This document shows, one piece after another, positions 27,878 through 42,800 of a stretch of 64,000 nt of DNA. The notes under the pieces are model-generated. The model ran no database searches and was not told the DNA's origin. It was given only the letters and a program-made list of their open reading frames with translations. This DNA comes from a virus. Position 1 is the first letter of the stretch; each line of letters begins with the position of its first letter. Location of the stretch: the IMG/VR virus record IMGVR_UViG_3300021961_000021; one strand, written 5' to 3'. The translations under genes were made by a program, and so were the position numbers.

Positions 27878-27884
27878 TATTTAT
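27878..27884 (-). promoter_or_regulatory. T4-type late promoter (ATAAATA)
   Basis: Overlaps the g7 stop; 14 nt upstream of the next ATG. Confidence 0.75.
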
Positions 27885-30800
27885 GGATCGTCAAAGACCT
27901 GAGTTGCGTTAAAGTCATCAATTACAGTTGCACCAATGTTAATCGTGAGGTCTGCAACTTCACTGAGTACAGGAACTGCCCCAGGAGAAGTAACGCCCAC
28001 GCGATATTCATCCCTATCATATGCCTGTGTCACTTGAGGAGTTGCATATGTTGCATTAGTTGCTCCAGGAATATTTGTCCACAGATTTGTGCCATAATCC
28101 TTTCTCTGCCATTGGTATGCAATTTGACCAGGACCAACGTTGATGCTGTTACCCATAATTGTTCCACCGTTTGAAACGTAGAACAGAGTCTGAGGAGTAC
28201 GCTCATCAGTCACAATTTCGACCAAGCGTTGTGTGGAGGTATTAAACCCAGCAACATACTCAGCGAAATCTGCTACAGCAACACCATCCAACTTATAAGT
28301 TACACCAGTTGTAAACTGGTATGCACCACCAGTCGCATCAAGTTCAGTAGCAATGTATAGAGCATCACCAACGTTTGTATTATCAGACTGATTGAATACA
28401 TACGTTGCACCTCTCACGAAGTTCAGAATCGGAGATTCTGCTTCTTTGGTGAACTGACCACCCAAGAGTCTGTAACCATCTGTGGAACCTTGTTGGAAAT
28501 ATGGATGGAGAGCAGACTTAGCAGCAGTCTTTGTTGTATACACAACGGGTTCATCAATCACGAGGTTTACCAGAATACCAAATACTGCAGTCTGACCTTG
28601 ATTGACCGTGATGCTTCTGGGTTGTTGAAGAATGACAATTCTGGTCTCGATGATTCCGCTAGCGGGATCAATGGGAACAAATCCAGGATCATAGATATCC
28701 AAACCACTATTAACTGCTGGACCAGTAGGTGCAAGGAAATCATCAGGAACAGTTGTTTCAACAACAACTGAAGGATATCTATAACCTTGACCAGCATTCT
28801 TCACGTCAACGCGAGCGAGACCAACCAGAGCTTTAATACGAGCACCGAAACCAGAAGAAGAAATAACATCAACTTGAGGTCTGTCAACGTAACCATCACC
28901 AGAATTAGTCAATACAGCAGAAACAACTCTTCCAGTCTCAATCTCAGCCAAGGCATCTGCGTTGCGACCCTTAACAGCACCCGAGTATTCAAATGTGATG
29001 AGTGAGTTGGATGATTCAATCAGTGCAACAGTTCTGTTATCTTCTTCACCATCAATGATCAGTTCATCACCAATTTCGATTGGGGGAACAACGGTTGCAG
29101 CAATAACGTCAACGTCAGAACCAATGTAGGAGAATGCAACAAAGGTTGAACCCGCACGAGGAATTTCGGAGAAAATGATTCTAGAACCAACAAGTTCAAA
29201 ACCAATTCCAGGTTCCTGAATAACACCATTCAATTGACAAATGATATTGTTTTCGGGTCTGATTGTGTTGGATTGAACACCTTCGGTAAGGGTCAGGGAG
29301 TAGAACACGCCGTTCAGTTTCAGGTTGAAGGAATTCCTCAGCGAGTCGAAGTCGAAAGAAATATCATCCAACTGTCTCAGTTTACCCACATACACGCCGT
29401 GGAAAGTAGAACCAACTGCAGGTGCTTCGGTAAACTGGATAACGTCGGAGAATGATGTGAATGAATAATCCGCTCCAGGAGGTTGCAGAATCGCGTTCAC
29501 GAAGATCATCATATGACCTGCGGGATCTGGGAAGTAGGGAGTACCATTACCAGTGGTAAGTTTGAATGATGTTTGAACACCATCAAAACCACGGAAGTAA
29601 CGACGAACTCTACCTCTCAGAATTCTTGCTGCAGAGCAAGCACCTCGGAATCCAGCATTACCAATGAGTTGAGCATTCTTTTGGAATGTGCCAGAAGAAT
29701 CTTCCAACCAAAGAGTCGCGGATAGACCCGATTGTACAATTTTTGCAATCTTACCATATGCACTTGTCTGAGTGATATCAACTGCTGCCACTTGGGTATA
29801 TACAGATGGGAACAGAGATCCACTTGGAATCTTGCCGATAGTGTATGCAGAATTGCTAGCGATATCGGAAATTGTCAGACCTTCAGGAGTATTTGTTACG
29901 TTGCAAATATACAAATAGTTGTTATCTTCATCAAGTTCCGTAACAGTTACCGTCCAGTCAATAATGATACCACCATTAAGAACTTGGAGGATATCGCCAA
30001 CCTCAAAAGTGTCGGTAACACCAGTATCGGTAACCAGCTGAGAGTATGTAAGTCGAGTGATCTCTCTAGCGTGGACATAATCACCAAATGAGGGAAGGCT
30101 GGTAAATGCTTCAATCTTAACAATCTGATCAGTGACAGAACCATAGATGACATCATTGGTCTTAAATTCACCAGTGATAGTCTCAATATCAAATGTAACG
30201 CGACCAGCTTGGTTATCAATAAGAGCACCATTATTGTTTCTTACAACGAGAGCGTTTGCTTTAGTGCCAGAATTCACGGAGTAAATCTTATCGGTTGACA
30301 AGAATTCACCCTGTTTAAAGTTGACCAGCATTCTATTGTTATAAGAAACAATGTCTGCAGTGGCACCACTGTCAATGCCTTCAAAAGTATTGCCTGCACT
30401 GAAGACTCCAGCAACAGACAGCAACTTAACATAAGTTGCATTATCGGTTGCAAGAATATAACCAGTATTTTGTGTTGCCCCTTGTACAACAACCTGCTCA
30501 CCATTTACAAATTGGAGACCAATTGCTCCATCATATGAGAAGTTCTCCATTTCAAAATGCGTTACCACATAATGAATGTCTGCAAGGTTATCTTGAATTC
30601 TTACAACTTCTGCATATGCACCAGTTGTAACACCGTAGATAACGTCAGACAAAGTAATGCCAGCACTAATTGGGGGTTGAACTTCACGATTTCCATAGCT
30701 AACTTCAACACGTTCAATACCAGGATCAGTGGGAATTTGTAGTGTGTGAATCTCAGAAACATTGCCAGGGCTAATTTGGACAATGCCCTTATATGTTGGA

Positions 30801-33800
30801 TCGGAATCTGGATACTCCATCAAATAGATGGCAGTTGCAGTTGTAAGAGGATGAATCCAATAGAATTTTTTATTGAGTCCAGGAATTGCAGTACCGAGAA
30901 CTGTATATTCGACCTTATCGTATGCTTGGAATCTATGAGATGTTACATTAATTCTGCTGTTTGCAACTGCAACACCAGCGTCAAATGTCTTGGTGAGGTA
31001 TGTTTGTGGATAAGAAGATCTCTCAATGGCAGTCAGCAGAAGATGGAACAGATAGTTCACCTTATTGGTAGCAGCTGTTGATAGTCTAATTTCACGATTA
31101 GTGTATGTGGATTCGTTGATGTACACACCAGGATTGGGAGCATCCTGCTGCAATACATCTATTACCATCTGCTTAATCGCATTGACGTGATATACAACGC
31201 GAGTTCTAAACTCATTTTGGAATGCGATGAAGACTCCATCTGCATTAAACCAGCCGTTCAGGAGATTAAGCGTTGCGGCATTACCATTTGTGATGAGATC
31301 ATACTGAAGTGCCTTTACAATGTCATCGGACAGTGTATCTGGAATTGAATATGCACTGTATTGACCAGTGGTTTTGTAATACGCTTCATTCCTAATATAC
31401 TGATCGTTATACAGAAGCATACGAGCAGCATCCTGATACATCGCAGGTGCACCACCAAGAGTATCGGTGATGATACCAAACAGAGTATGCATTGCTGATC
31501 TAACGTCATAGCATACGCCAGCAGAATACTCAGTGTTTGTTTGAACTGGTTCTGTTCTTGTAACGTTAACAAGGTAGTTACCGTTACCTTGAGCAGCAGT
31601 ATCTACAGTGTCAATAACGATATCCCACAGGGTATTAATAGCAGAAACTTGACTCTGGCAACCACCAGCGTCATATGTGATTGTGATGTCTCTACGGATT
31701 TCACGTTCGCCAGTCAACGGCCATTCTTCGGGCAGAGTTCTTGTAATGCCATTCAGGTAACCTTGGGGATTCCCAGTATTGTTGAACAAATCAATTACAA
31801 TGCTCATCAGTGTGGAGACTGCTGCAGATGCGGCTTGGCACTTAGGATTGGCAGTATCTACTGTAATTGTATTGTCATAAACTGCCGAACCTTGAGTGTA
31901 ACCATTAGTAGTTACAGTGTCGTGACGAAGAACTTCAATTGCAATATCTCGTGCCTGCTCATATGCATACTTAGTTTCTGCTGCCTGAGAAGTAACGTGT
32001 TGAATTGCATTCGCATTCGTGATGTAGAACTCGGTTGCATACCAGACTCTGTTGTTTCCACCGTGTCTCAGGTTGAAAATCAACTCCTCAAGATAATCTT
32101 TGATATCATCAATACAGTTTGACGGACCACCAGGAATGTTAAGTGAAGGATACTGGGAAACAGTACGTCCAACCGCAGTAGATGCAATAAACGCCAAGTT
32201 AGCTTCTATTTCATTTGCTGCATCATAATAAGTGTCGTCTGATGCATTATTATAATAATCATCTCTAGGAATAGGTACACCCAGTCCAGTTGTGGAAGCA
32301 TCCTCATAAGGGACGAAACCAAGTCTATTCTGCATAGCAAGGATAGTCATATCTCTTGCCAGTTTGAATGTGTAGAGGGTTTCCTCCGACTGGTTTTCGA
32401 TATGCTGTAGACCAAAATCGGAATTCAGGTACAGACCAGCGGCATCATATGTCTTGGAGTTACCACCAAAACGAAGGTCGTGAACAATCTGATCGAGGAT
32501 TGCGACAATATCATCCTCACAATTAACCTTACCGCCAGGAACCTTAAAGTTATCTGCTTCAAATGCACTCAGTTTAGTCATCAAATCGACCGCTTCTTCA
32601 GCAATCGTGCGTGCATTTGCTTCAATCAGATTGGCAGCATCGAAAATTCTATTATCAACCTGATACGCTTGAGGATCGACGGTAATTGTGTCGTCTCTAT
32701 AAACATCCAACTCGGACCAAATTGCCTGATAATAGTTACTAAAATCGAGTGCCACATCTGCGGGATTTTCGTTGTAACCAATCAGTAGGTTACTAATTGC
32801 TTTTCCGCAAAGATATTTTGCATACTCAATAGCATCAATCATTGCAAGAAGTTCATTCTCAACAAAGTTGATGTTTGTTTGACCATCAATATAGTAATCA
32901 AGAGCAGCATTGACTTGGTTGTTGCCACCAGTCATCAAATCTCCAACAATTGCTGGGAGAATATAATCTCTCAGGTCACGGACGCATTTTGCTCTACCGC
33001 CAGGAATCTGTAGTTTATTTTGGATTGCAAATCCAACATTAACTTGATACTTATTCTCGATGTAATAAACTGCTTCATCTGCAATGAACTTTCTGTTGAA
33101 GTAAATCAGGTCAGCAGCATCATAGAATCTGTTGCCAGAAGGTGAAATGATACTGAGGAGAAGTTCAGTGAGTTCAGTGATCTTATCTTGAATTGCCTGT
33201 GCAGCAGGTGCAGTGAAGTAGTTGGGTACACGAATTTGATCTGTATGAGTACCAGTGAGATCTGTTTCATCCAGAGTGATTACATCAATACAAAGTTTAC
33301 CGACTTCATTCCAGGTATAAGTTGACTGGAGAAGTTCGCCAGCAATATGCTTCAGTGCGCCAGATGATTCCAGATATGCTCTACCAACAACTGTTGTGTT
33401 GTAGTTTCCACCATCAATCAAATCTTGAATGATTGCTGGGATGATATATGACTTTGTATCACGAAGGCAGATATTTGTACCAAAATAAGAACCTGCCCCA
33501 TCACCAGGCATCACAAAATCTGGGTAACGATCTTTCAGGCGACCAACTGCTTCTTCGGCAATCCAATCAATGTTGTTTCTGATAACCTCTGCCGATTTTC
33601 TGTAATCTTCACGAGCAAGATCAACAACCTCTGCTGTAAGTTCTTGCCTCCAGAGTTCCACCTCATCAACAACTGTTTCTGATATTGTTGTGGCAACATA
33701 ATTTGCATAGATTGCTCCCTGTTCAATTGGGAAGGGACTATCACCAAGAATTACGAACTTATCATAAATTGATGAAGTGTAAGAAAGTGGGGGAGTAAAC

Positions 33801-36800
33801 GCACCAGAATATGAAGCGATTCCAGAGCGAATGATCAAACTATCAATGTGACCTGTATAAACCTCACCATTTGTATATGAAGCACCAATCTTAATTGCTC
33901 TATCGGAATAGTCATTTGTGTCATTATAATCTGAACCAACTTGAGCACCATTAACAAAGAGTTTTGTTGTTCCCGATGTTCTGGAAACAGCAATGTGATA
34001 CCAAGTATTTGCAGTTGTAATTGCACTGGTAGCAATAATAACGTCAGCAGCGCCAACTCCAAAACGAAGCGAAGTGCCACTCATAAATACGCTAATTGCA
34101 GTATCTGAACCACTAGCACGGAGGTCGATTATTCTCTGAACACCAGTTACCACAGAAGGACGAATCCAAGCCTCTACGGTGTAATCACCAGTACCAAAAT
34201 CAAATCTCCCATCTGAAGGGAAATCAATTCTTGATGCAGATCCAGTGAAATATATTGAACCAGTATTGGTTTTATATGTCAGTGAATCTGTACTTGCATT
34301 TGCAATTGTCAGTTTGGAGTTAGTGATGTATTCATCAGGAATTAATGTACCAGTTACATCTGTGGAGTAAATCCACTTGTTGCCAGCGTTTGAACCAATA
34401 ACATCGAATGTTGCTCCAGAAGTAATTGCCTTAACGACATTACCAAAGGAGAAGAAACCACCAGAAGACTTGTTGCTGTATGCGTGTTTGGTGCAACGAA
34501 TTGTTTCACCATCTTCAAATGCATACGGAGGTTCAACGCGAGTGAGATTTGAAATTGACCACTGATAAGTAGTTGGATCTGCACCAGTTGGATCTTCAAG
34601 AGTATCGGTGATGATACGGATGAAGTTGGTGATTGCAGATGTTTGGGAGATGCAAGAATCGGTATAACCAGCACGAGCAGTTGACGGTGCAGTTTCGGTA
34701 TATGCTGCTGTAAATGCCGCCAGAGTACCAGGAACTGCAGTTGTGCCAATCGAAGTGATTAGCATACTGAAGAGAGATGTGATAGCAGATGCTACATCTT
34801 GGCAGGTAGGATTGCTAGGATCGACGGTAATTGTGTTATCGGTGACCTGAATCCAACCGTGAGAGTTGTCTTGCTTGGTGATAGCAATGTTTCTCATCAC
34901 GTCAATTGCCATATCGCGTGCCTTAGTGAAGGCATTCACGGTATCATCTTCATAACCAGCAACGTGTGCACCTTCAAGATAACGCTTAGTAGCGTCGTAC
35001 ATAAAGTCATTGCCACCGTGTGCCAAGTTGTAGACCATTGCTTCCAGAACATCTACGATGTCGGAGAGACAATTTACATCGCCACCAGGAACAACCAGGC
35101 TAGGATTCTGTTGCTTAGCATAGTAGAGTGATTCGTGTGCGATGAACCACTTGTTAGCAAGAATCAGATTGCGAGCATCTGCAAAACGATCGCCAACAAT
35201 ATCGTATTCTTGAAGAATTGTAGTATCTCTATACTGCTGAAGATCTGTCCAAAGCGGAGTGTGAACTTGGTTGCGAATGCACTTGATCATCAGATCGCGT
35301 GCTTGCTCCATAGCATAGACTGCTTGGGGTACTTCACCATTAACGTGGTAGATCGCATTACCCTGAACATAGGTTGCAGCAGCATCCCAAACTTCAGAGT
35401 TGCCATCATATTCAAGTTGATATGCAATCACATTGATGATATCTACGATGTCATCCTCACAATCTCTATCGCCATTAACAGAAGGAACACTAAATGCAGG
35501 GTAGTAATCCTTCATAATACCCACCGCTTCTTCAGCGATGAATCTTGCGTTCTTTCTGAGCAGGTTTGCAGCATCATAAGAACGAGTATCGATAACAGTT
35601 CTCAATGATGAGTTGTTAAAGTAGATCTTCTTATTACGAATCTTATCGCCAGCTTGGAAATTGCCACCAGCAAGAACTGTGTATCTAATTTCCTGATTCC
35701 TTACTTCTTCAAAATCAAGGAAGTCTTGGTTATTTGCCACCTGACTATAGAGTTCAGTGGGGTTAATAACTGTTTGTGAGATGTCATCAAGAACTTCATT
35801 GGGATATGTGATCGAAGGTACACGCTGGAATACCAGACCAAAGAACGATGATGCGGGAGAAAGATCTACGGTATCGATAATCTGATTGGAAGTTTCATCG
35901 AAGTACGGTGAAACTGCAACAACTCTAGCTGCAATCTTAGATCTTGCGGAATAAATGATATCATTGAACTTGATCTCAAATTCGCCAGTTTCATACTTGG
36001 CAGTACCAGAAGTTCTGGATGCAACCAAAGTATTTGTGACAATACCATCTTCAAGGTTAATTCCTTCCAAGACAGCAAATTTGCCGTTAAGATTTGCAAT
36101 TGTTTCACCCTGTTCAAAGATTGTCTTACTTGTCAATGGTTCTACAGAACTAAGTACACCATCAAATCCAGTTGCGGATGAAAGAATGTTGTCATTAATA
36201 TTGAATGAACCAGCAATATTAACAACATCAATACTATCAACGCCAGAATCGATTACAACTGCAGTTCCTTCTGTTTGAAGAGAACGAACAATCTTACCAG
36301 ATGTCGGGAAAATACCGCTAGTAGTTGAGAATGTAAATCTAGTGATCTGAATTTGAGCAAACGTAATATCACGGAATTTAATTCTAGAAGGTGCTCTAGG
36401 AGGTTCACTGAATACAATTGAGGGACCAGAAGTTGTGAATGAAACTGAAGGTGCCTGAGCAATACCATTCAACAGGACTAGAAGTTGATCGTCAGTGGCA
36501 GTGATGGATTCACCTTCAACTGTCAACGGGAATTGAGTTCTAATACCATCAAAATCTGCAGAGAAGTTATCAAGTTTTTTAACGATTGACGTAAGAATTT
36601 CCTCCGAGTTTGTCAGTCTCTTCTGACGGAAGAGAACTTCGGTGTTGTTGAACTCGGTATAAATTGGTTGAGTGTTTGCAAATGATGTAATTTGGTTGGT
36701 ATTTGTAAAACTGGAAATGTTTACCTCTTTAACAAGGTCAGAAATAACCTTACGACCAGAGATATCCTTACCACCAGTCAATGACAGTTCACCAAACATA

Positions 36801-39800
36801 TTGAAACCAACAGGGTGGTTTGTTTCAAGAATCGATGTTCTCCACTGGTTGATGGGTGTCTTAGACTTGATAACGTATGAGAAGTTCTGGTAGAAGTAAG
36901 AATCCTGAATCTTCTGAACAATTTCCGAGGGCTTGCCAACGTCATCGATGAACTGACCAGTTGATGTTGTCAGAGAGTCGATGTTAAGTGTGCCACGAGC
37001 AATTGACTGGTTATCGATAGTACCCGCTGCACGAGAAATCTGACCAGTTACACGCTCACCTTCAATAAACTCGCCAGAATAATTTTCCAATTTGAGGATA
37101 CGAGGACCAATTTGCCATCCATCATTTGTTGAAACATAACCAGTTGCAGTGGCAGTTTCCAAGGTGCTGCCTTGATATACAAGTTCACCCTTAAGGAATC
37201 TAGATGTTTCGACAATTGCTTCTGCTTTACCACCAAATACTTCGGTTAGAATGATTTGACGACCGTCACCTTGGGTGAGGAATGTAATGAAGTTTCCAGA
37301 TTCCGCATCAACTTTGGTGAGTGCAATGCGAAGTTGATCGCCCTCAAGTGAATTTTCAGCTCCAGCAATAGCATAATAAATTTGATTTTCATTTAGGCTA
37401 ACCAGACCTGCGCTGCTTGGTTTGGGAAGAACACCGACTGTGGAACCAAGATCTTCTGCTCTCAGTTGAATTTCTGCCCCAGTTGTAATACCGTGAGGGA
37501 AATTGAACTGAAGATAACCAAGGTCAATGTTAACCACATAATTAAATTCGGATTTCAAAGTAACTGTTGGTTCGGAAGAATACCCAGATCCAGGATTCTT
37601 AATAATGATATCCGACAGACGATTGTTCTTAACAATTGCCTCAGCCTCAGCACCAATTCCTCCACCACCTTCAATAACAACTCTAGGTGTTGAAGTATAA
37701 CCAGAACCAGGATCCGTTACCTTGATCTGGGCCAAAATAGCGGTATTAAACAGTTGAAGGTTTACTGGGAAAGTGATTTCGGGTTTCAGAGTATAATCGT
37801 GCGAATAACCAAAACCAAATTCATTGTTCTTCAGTTTCTTGATCTTACCAATACTTCTGCCTTGCAGGAAGACAGATGCGCCAGATCCCTCATTAGGAAT
37901 AACGATTTCAAGAACACCACCAGAACCAGCAAGAAGAGGACCGAGGATACCAGGAATTGAGTCGATATCTACGCTTGCAAAGGTATAACCCTTACCAGCA
38001 GATGTCAATTCAACTTTTGTGATTGTTCCAAGAAGTTCACCATCATCTGCAACAGTAACATTGCAGGATGCACCTTCACCATCACCAAGGATGGGGACAT
38101 TGTAATAGACACCATTCACATATTCCGTACCACCAGAAAGGATACGAATCTTCTCAATCTCTCTATTTGATGCAATATCGCTAACGATAGGTAGCTTTTG
38201 ATAGAAACCACCAGGATTGACTAGCTTGATGGATGCAATAGGACCAATTGCCTTTGTTGATGTGGTTGAGTATGACGCTCTATCGACACCAGTTTCGGTG
38301 ACACCTATAGGTGCATTGCTGCTTTCTGGTTCACTATGGAGTCTGAATTTAAAGCTAGAAGGACCAGTGACTTCGCTAATTGTGAATGTGCCCTTGTACG
38401 GAGTTTCAATAACGTCAATAAACGATGATTTGCTTACGGGAGAGACTGAATCATCGGTTCTTGACGGATCGAAGTAATATGAAATGTTAGTAACACTTTC
38501 ATCCACAATGAACTTAACCAATGGTTTTGGTGAAGTTTGATCCGTCAAACCAGGAATACCTTCTCTAGCAACGTTAATAAACGGATATTCCAGTTTATAT
38601 TGGTTGTCCTTAGAGAACGAGATAAAATACCCAAAGTTGGAAGTATCATCAAGGTCAAAGATGTACTGATGACCACGAACAAACAGCAGTTTAGGATGCT
38701 TAGCGTAAATGTTAACGCTACCGATTGATTGACTATTGAATACAGGATCTGCACTAGCAACATCTCTCAAACGGAAAGTAAATTCCCTCTTTGTGAATAC
38801 TTCTTCAATAAAGAATGAACCATTATATTCCTGTGTTGCGAATCCCTCAACAAAGATAATTTCATCTAGTTCAAAATTGTGTGGTTTGGATGATTGGCAA
38901 TATACAATATCTGTCGGAGTAAGATTACCGCTTGGGATAATGTCTTTAGCCAATTTGGCAGTCATCGTAAAGGTTTTAACACCCACAAGACCAGAGAATG
39001 TGGCGATTTTACCAGTATTATCTACAGTAAGAGATACACCGACGGCTTCAGCATCGATCGTGTCTCCTTTGATGAAGATTGATCCAGGATAAATTGCATC
39101 GATTTTGATAATGTAATCTTCTGGAGAAAACTCTTTCCAAGAAGAAAATTCCGCCAGAGTACCTGTAGAATATGGTGAATTGACCAAATCAATGTCAAAT
39201 GAACCGTGAACGGACGTAAATGCCCAGTTTACATTGCCATCAGATACTGTTCCTGTTACGTGAACGGGTTCTATACCACCAGAAACACCAGTGCTAGTTG
39301 CAGTGTATACTTTTCCAGCATTATATACAACATCACCAGTTGTATATGAATAATTGGTCTTCCATTCGGGAAGTATATCAGATTCTGTAAATACAAAACT
39401 GATATCATTAATATCATTTGTAGTTGATTTAACTTTCTTTGTCTGGTCAAAATTACCAATAATCTTACCCAAAGTCACATAGTTTGAACCAACTGACGTG
39501 ATAACACCATAAGCATTTACGACATCTTGACCACCAATTGTCTGATATTGCTGCAGTGTTGCACCCTTAGTGAAGGTTGCGGACTGGTTGAATGTAAGTG
39601 TCTTTACATTATCAATAGATGTGTATAGTGCATCTCGGAAATAGTATTTCGGAATTACTACGGTTGACAGAAGAAGTTTCTTACCCAGAGGTGTTGGGAT
39701 AGTTGCTGTTCTAGTTTCATAAACTTGCTCATTTGATATAAATGAATATGATCCCTCAACATTATTTGCAACCACATCACCATAATCAAGAATTTGCAAA

Positions 39801-42800
39801 CCAGCCGCCCCAAGAACCCAATTAGATGAGGTCATAGGAAGGGTATTAAACCCAAAATTGCTCACGGCAGAAGCGACTTCAATTTCTAAACCAGTTTCTA
39901 CATCGTCAAGTTGATAAGTGCCAAGTTTGGTTTGCCCCTGATCCAATTTAAATACAAATGCTCCAACAACCTTATTTGTGCCGATAGCTTCCCCAGGAGT
40001 AAAGTCTTCAGTATATTTTGCAAATCCAGATACAGAAATGTTATCGACCCATCCAGAAAGGCTTGTTGATGATGCAGGTGTTGATGCACCGAAAAGATAC
40101 GCCTGCTTCAGTTGTGTATCTACCTGAGTGCTAGTAATTTGAAGTTCTTCAATACCATTAATATAGACAGTATATGTGTATGTACCAACACCAGGAGTTT
40201 CCTTAACTAGAGCAAAATGCACCCAGTTTTGGTTATTGAACTTGGTCCAGTTATTTGTGGTGGTGCTGTAATATGTATTGGCACCTATTTTCAATACAAT
40301 CTTACCAAAGTTTCCACTAGCGGATTGACCATCAATTTCAACAGTTACTGTGCTTCCAGAAGTAGGAATAACTGATGTGAGAATAAGATTGGAAGATTGT
40401 GCAGTATACTGAGCAGATTTCATCTTAACCCAGCTTTCCACTGTCCATTCCGAAGCAACATCAGATTGCCAATTCAAATTCAGTGAGTTTGCTGCGGTGA
40501 GTTCTACGGACTGAGACCCATACTTGTATTCAGTTGTACTGATGGATTCTGATGCAGACCAAGCAGGCACCAAGTCTTTGTTGTATGTACCATCAAATAC
40601 TGATGATACTTCAAAATTGAAGATTGCGAGTTGCTCAGATTCAACTTTATCTCCAGCAATAATTGTATCGCCAGAGTTATCATTAGTTACAGATTTTGCT
40701 TTAAATCCGATACCATTAACTTGATCCAATGATGCTGCTGTGATGATCTGGTTAGTGTTCCAAGAAATCTTGAACATAACCGACTGATTATCGTTATATG
40801 CATATCTTACATACGCAGCAACATCAATGTTACCAAAGATATCATACTTTAGACCAACCGATCTAATTTCTTGGAATGATGCATTTGGAACGATCAATTT
40901 TGTGACACTAGGTGTCATATAATTGTCTTTCGCAAACTTCATATACATAACACCAGCAGTAATGCCAGTCGAAATTGTAGTTGCAGTTGCAGTTACATAT
41001 AGTGAATCGTAATCATCAACAGCAATTCTCACATCAGAGAATCTGTATGCAGCATTACCAAACTTTCTACTCCATTGAACTTCAATGGTTGCAGTGTCGT
41101 AATATGTTTCACCAACAACAATATTACCAAGACCATCGGGATCATCAATACCAGCAAATAGAACAGTATTATCTGAAGTGAATACCATATCGGTCATTTT
41201 TTCACTTCCAGAAGCAGAACAGATCTTACGCTTCTCTTTTACTGATCCGTCAAGATCCAATAAACAAATCCACATATCATCGGGACTTGGTGAGTTTGTA
41301 TCCGTCCAACCACCGATATAAATCTGCCCATCTTGATCAAGTGTAACTGCTGAAGCATAATCTCTTCTAGTAGAACCAGAGATACCAGCAATTTCTCTTT
41401 GCCACTTAATTACTGCAGTGGGATTGTTGAATCCATCAAATCCAGACTCAAACTTTGCAATAACCAAATCGGGGTTATGATTTGGATTGGTTAGATTTGG
41501 TCTAGTTTCGCCAAAAACATAAATTGAGTGTGGGTTTGTGTTTTGAACATAAATTCTATTGAAGATGCAACTCTTAGCAGCAGTTGCTGGTTGCAGTGGC
41601 AACATTGTACGAGTCCACAGCAATCTACCATCGCTATTGAACTTGGCGATTACACCCGCAGTGTCACCATCTTCCTCAGAAGATTGTCCAACAATATAGA
41701 ATGTGCGATCTTCAGCGATTGCAATATCATTAATTACTGTGATACTTGCTTGCTCCTGCAAATATGCAAGGGCATATGATGCTTTCTTAAATCTTTGAGG
41801 ATGCGAAACCCTGATCTCTGGAGGATTGGAAACACTATATCCTGAACCAGAATTGATGATGTTTACATTTTTAATAGCACCAGATTCTTCACGAATAATG
41901 TTGAGTTTGAAATCTTTACCAGATGATGAAATGATCTCGTATGATGGTGGAATGTCTTCCGAATAACCAAGACCTTCTTGGTCAATAGTGACATTTTCCA
42001 CGCCAGATACAACTTTAACTCTGAAAGTTTTGTTGGTTTGATCAATGATCGGGATACTATTGACGATAATCTCATCACCTTCGCGCAAGTCGTGCTCACC
42101 ATCAGTTGTGATGATGCCATAAGGAATATCGTTAACGACTTCCGAACTATAACCAAGAACATCAATACCTTTAACAGCAGAAACTTTAGCGGATACTCCA
42201 TATCCACCTGTACCCTCATTATCAAAATACAGTTTATCGTTGACTTTGTAAGAAATACCAGGATTTTCGACAACAAAACCACTAATTTGAGCATCCTCAA
42301 ACTTAGTTGTTGTTTGAATTTCGATATCAACTTGAGATCTCAATGAAACTCTGGGATAATAATCAAACAATTGCAGAACAGGTTCTTCCAGAATTGATAC
42401 TGGATCTATAATTTCATCTTCTGTAATCAAACCATCCTTATTATTATCTTCAATTTCAAAAATCAGATCTTCGCCAAATTCTGTGGTCAGACTATCTGTA
42501 GATTGGTTTGGTTGACGCTCGATATCAATATCAACCTCTTGATATGGATCTCTAAATCTTACAACATCTTTAGGAATGTTTGTCTGAACGGCATTTTGAC
42601 TAAAGTTCCACTTATCTGGGGTCGAATATAGTTGAGGACCACAAATAAACGGGAATACTGGCAGACCATTCTCGGATGCATCAATTGCGACAAAATATGC
42701 GTAGATACCGTTGGGGTATTCTGGTGTTTTGCAGAAACGACCATTATATTGGTCTAGGTCGCCTTTCTGGAAGACATATTCATAGTCATCAATGAAAGAT

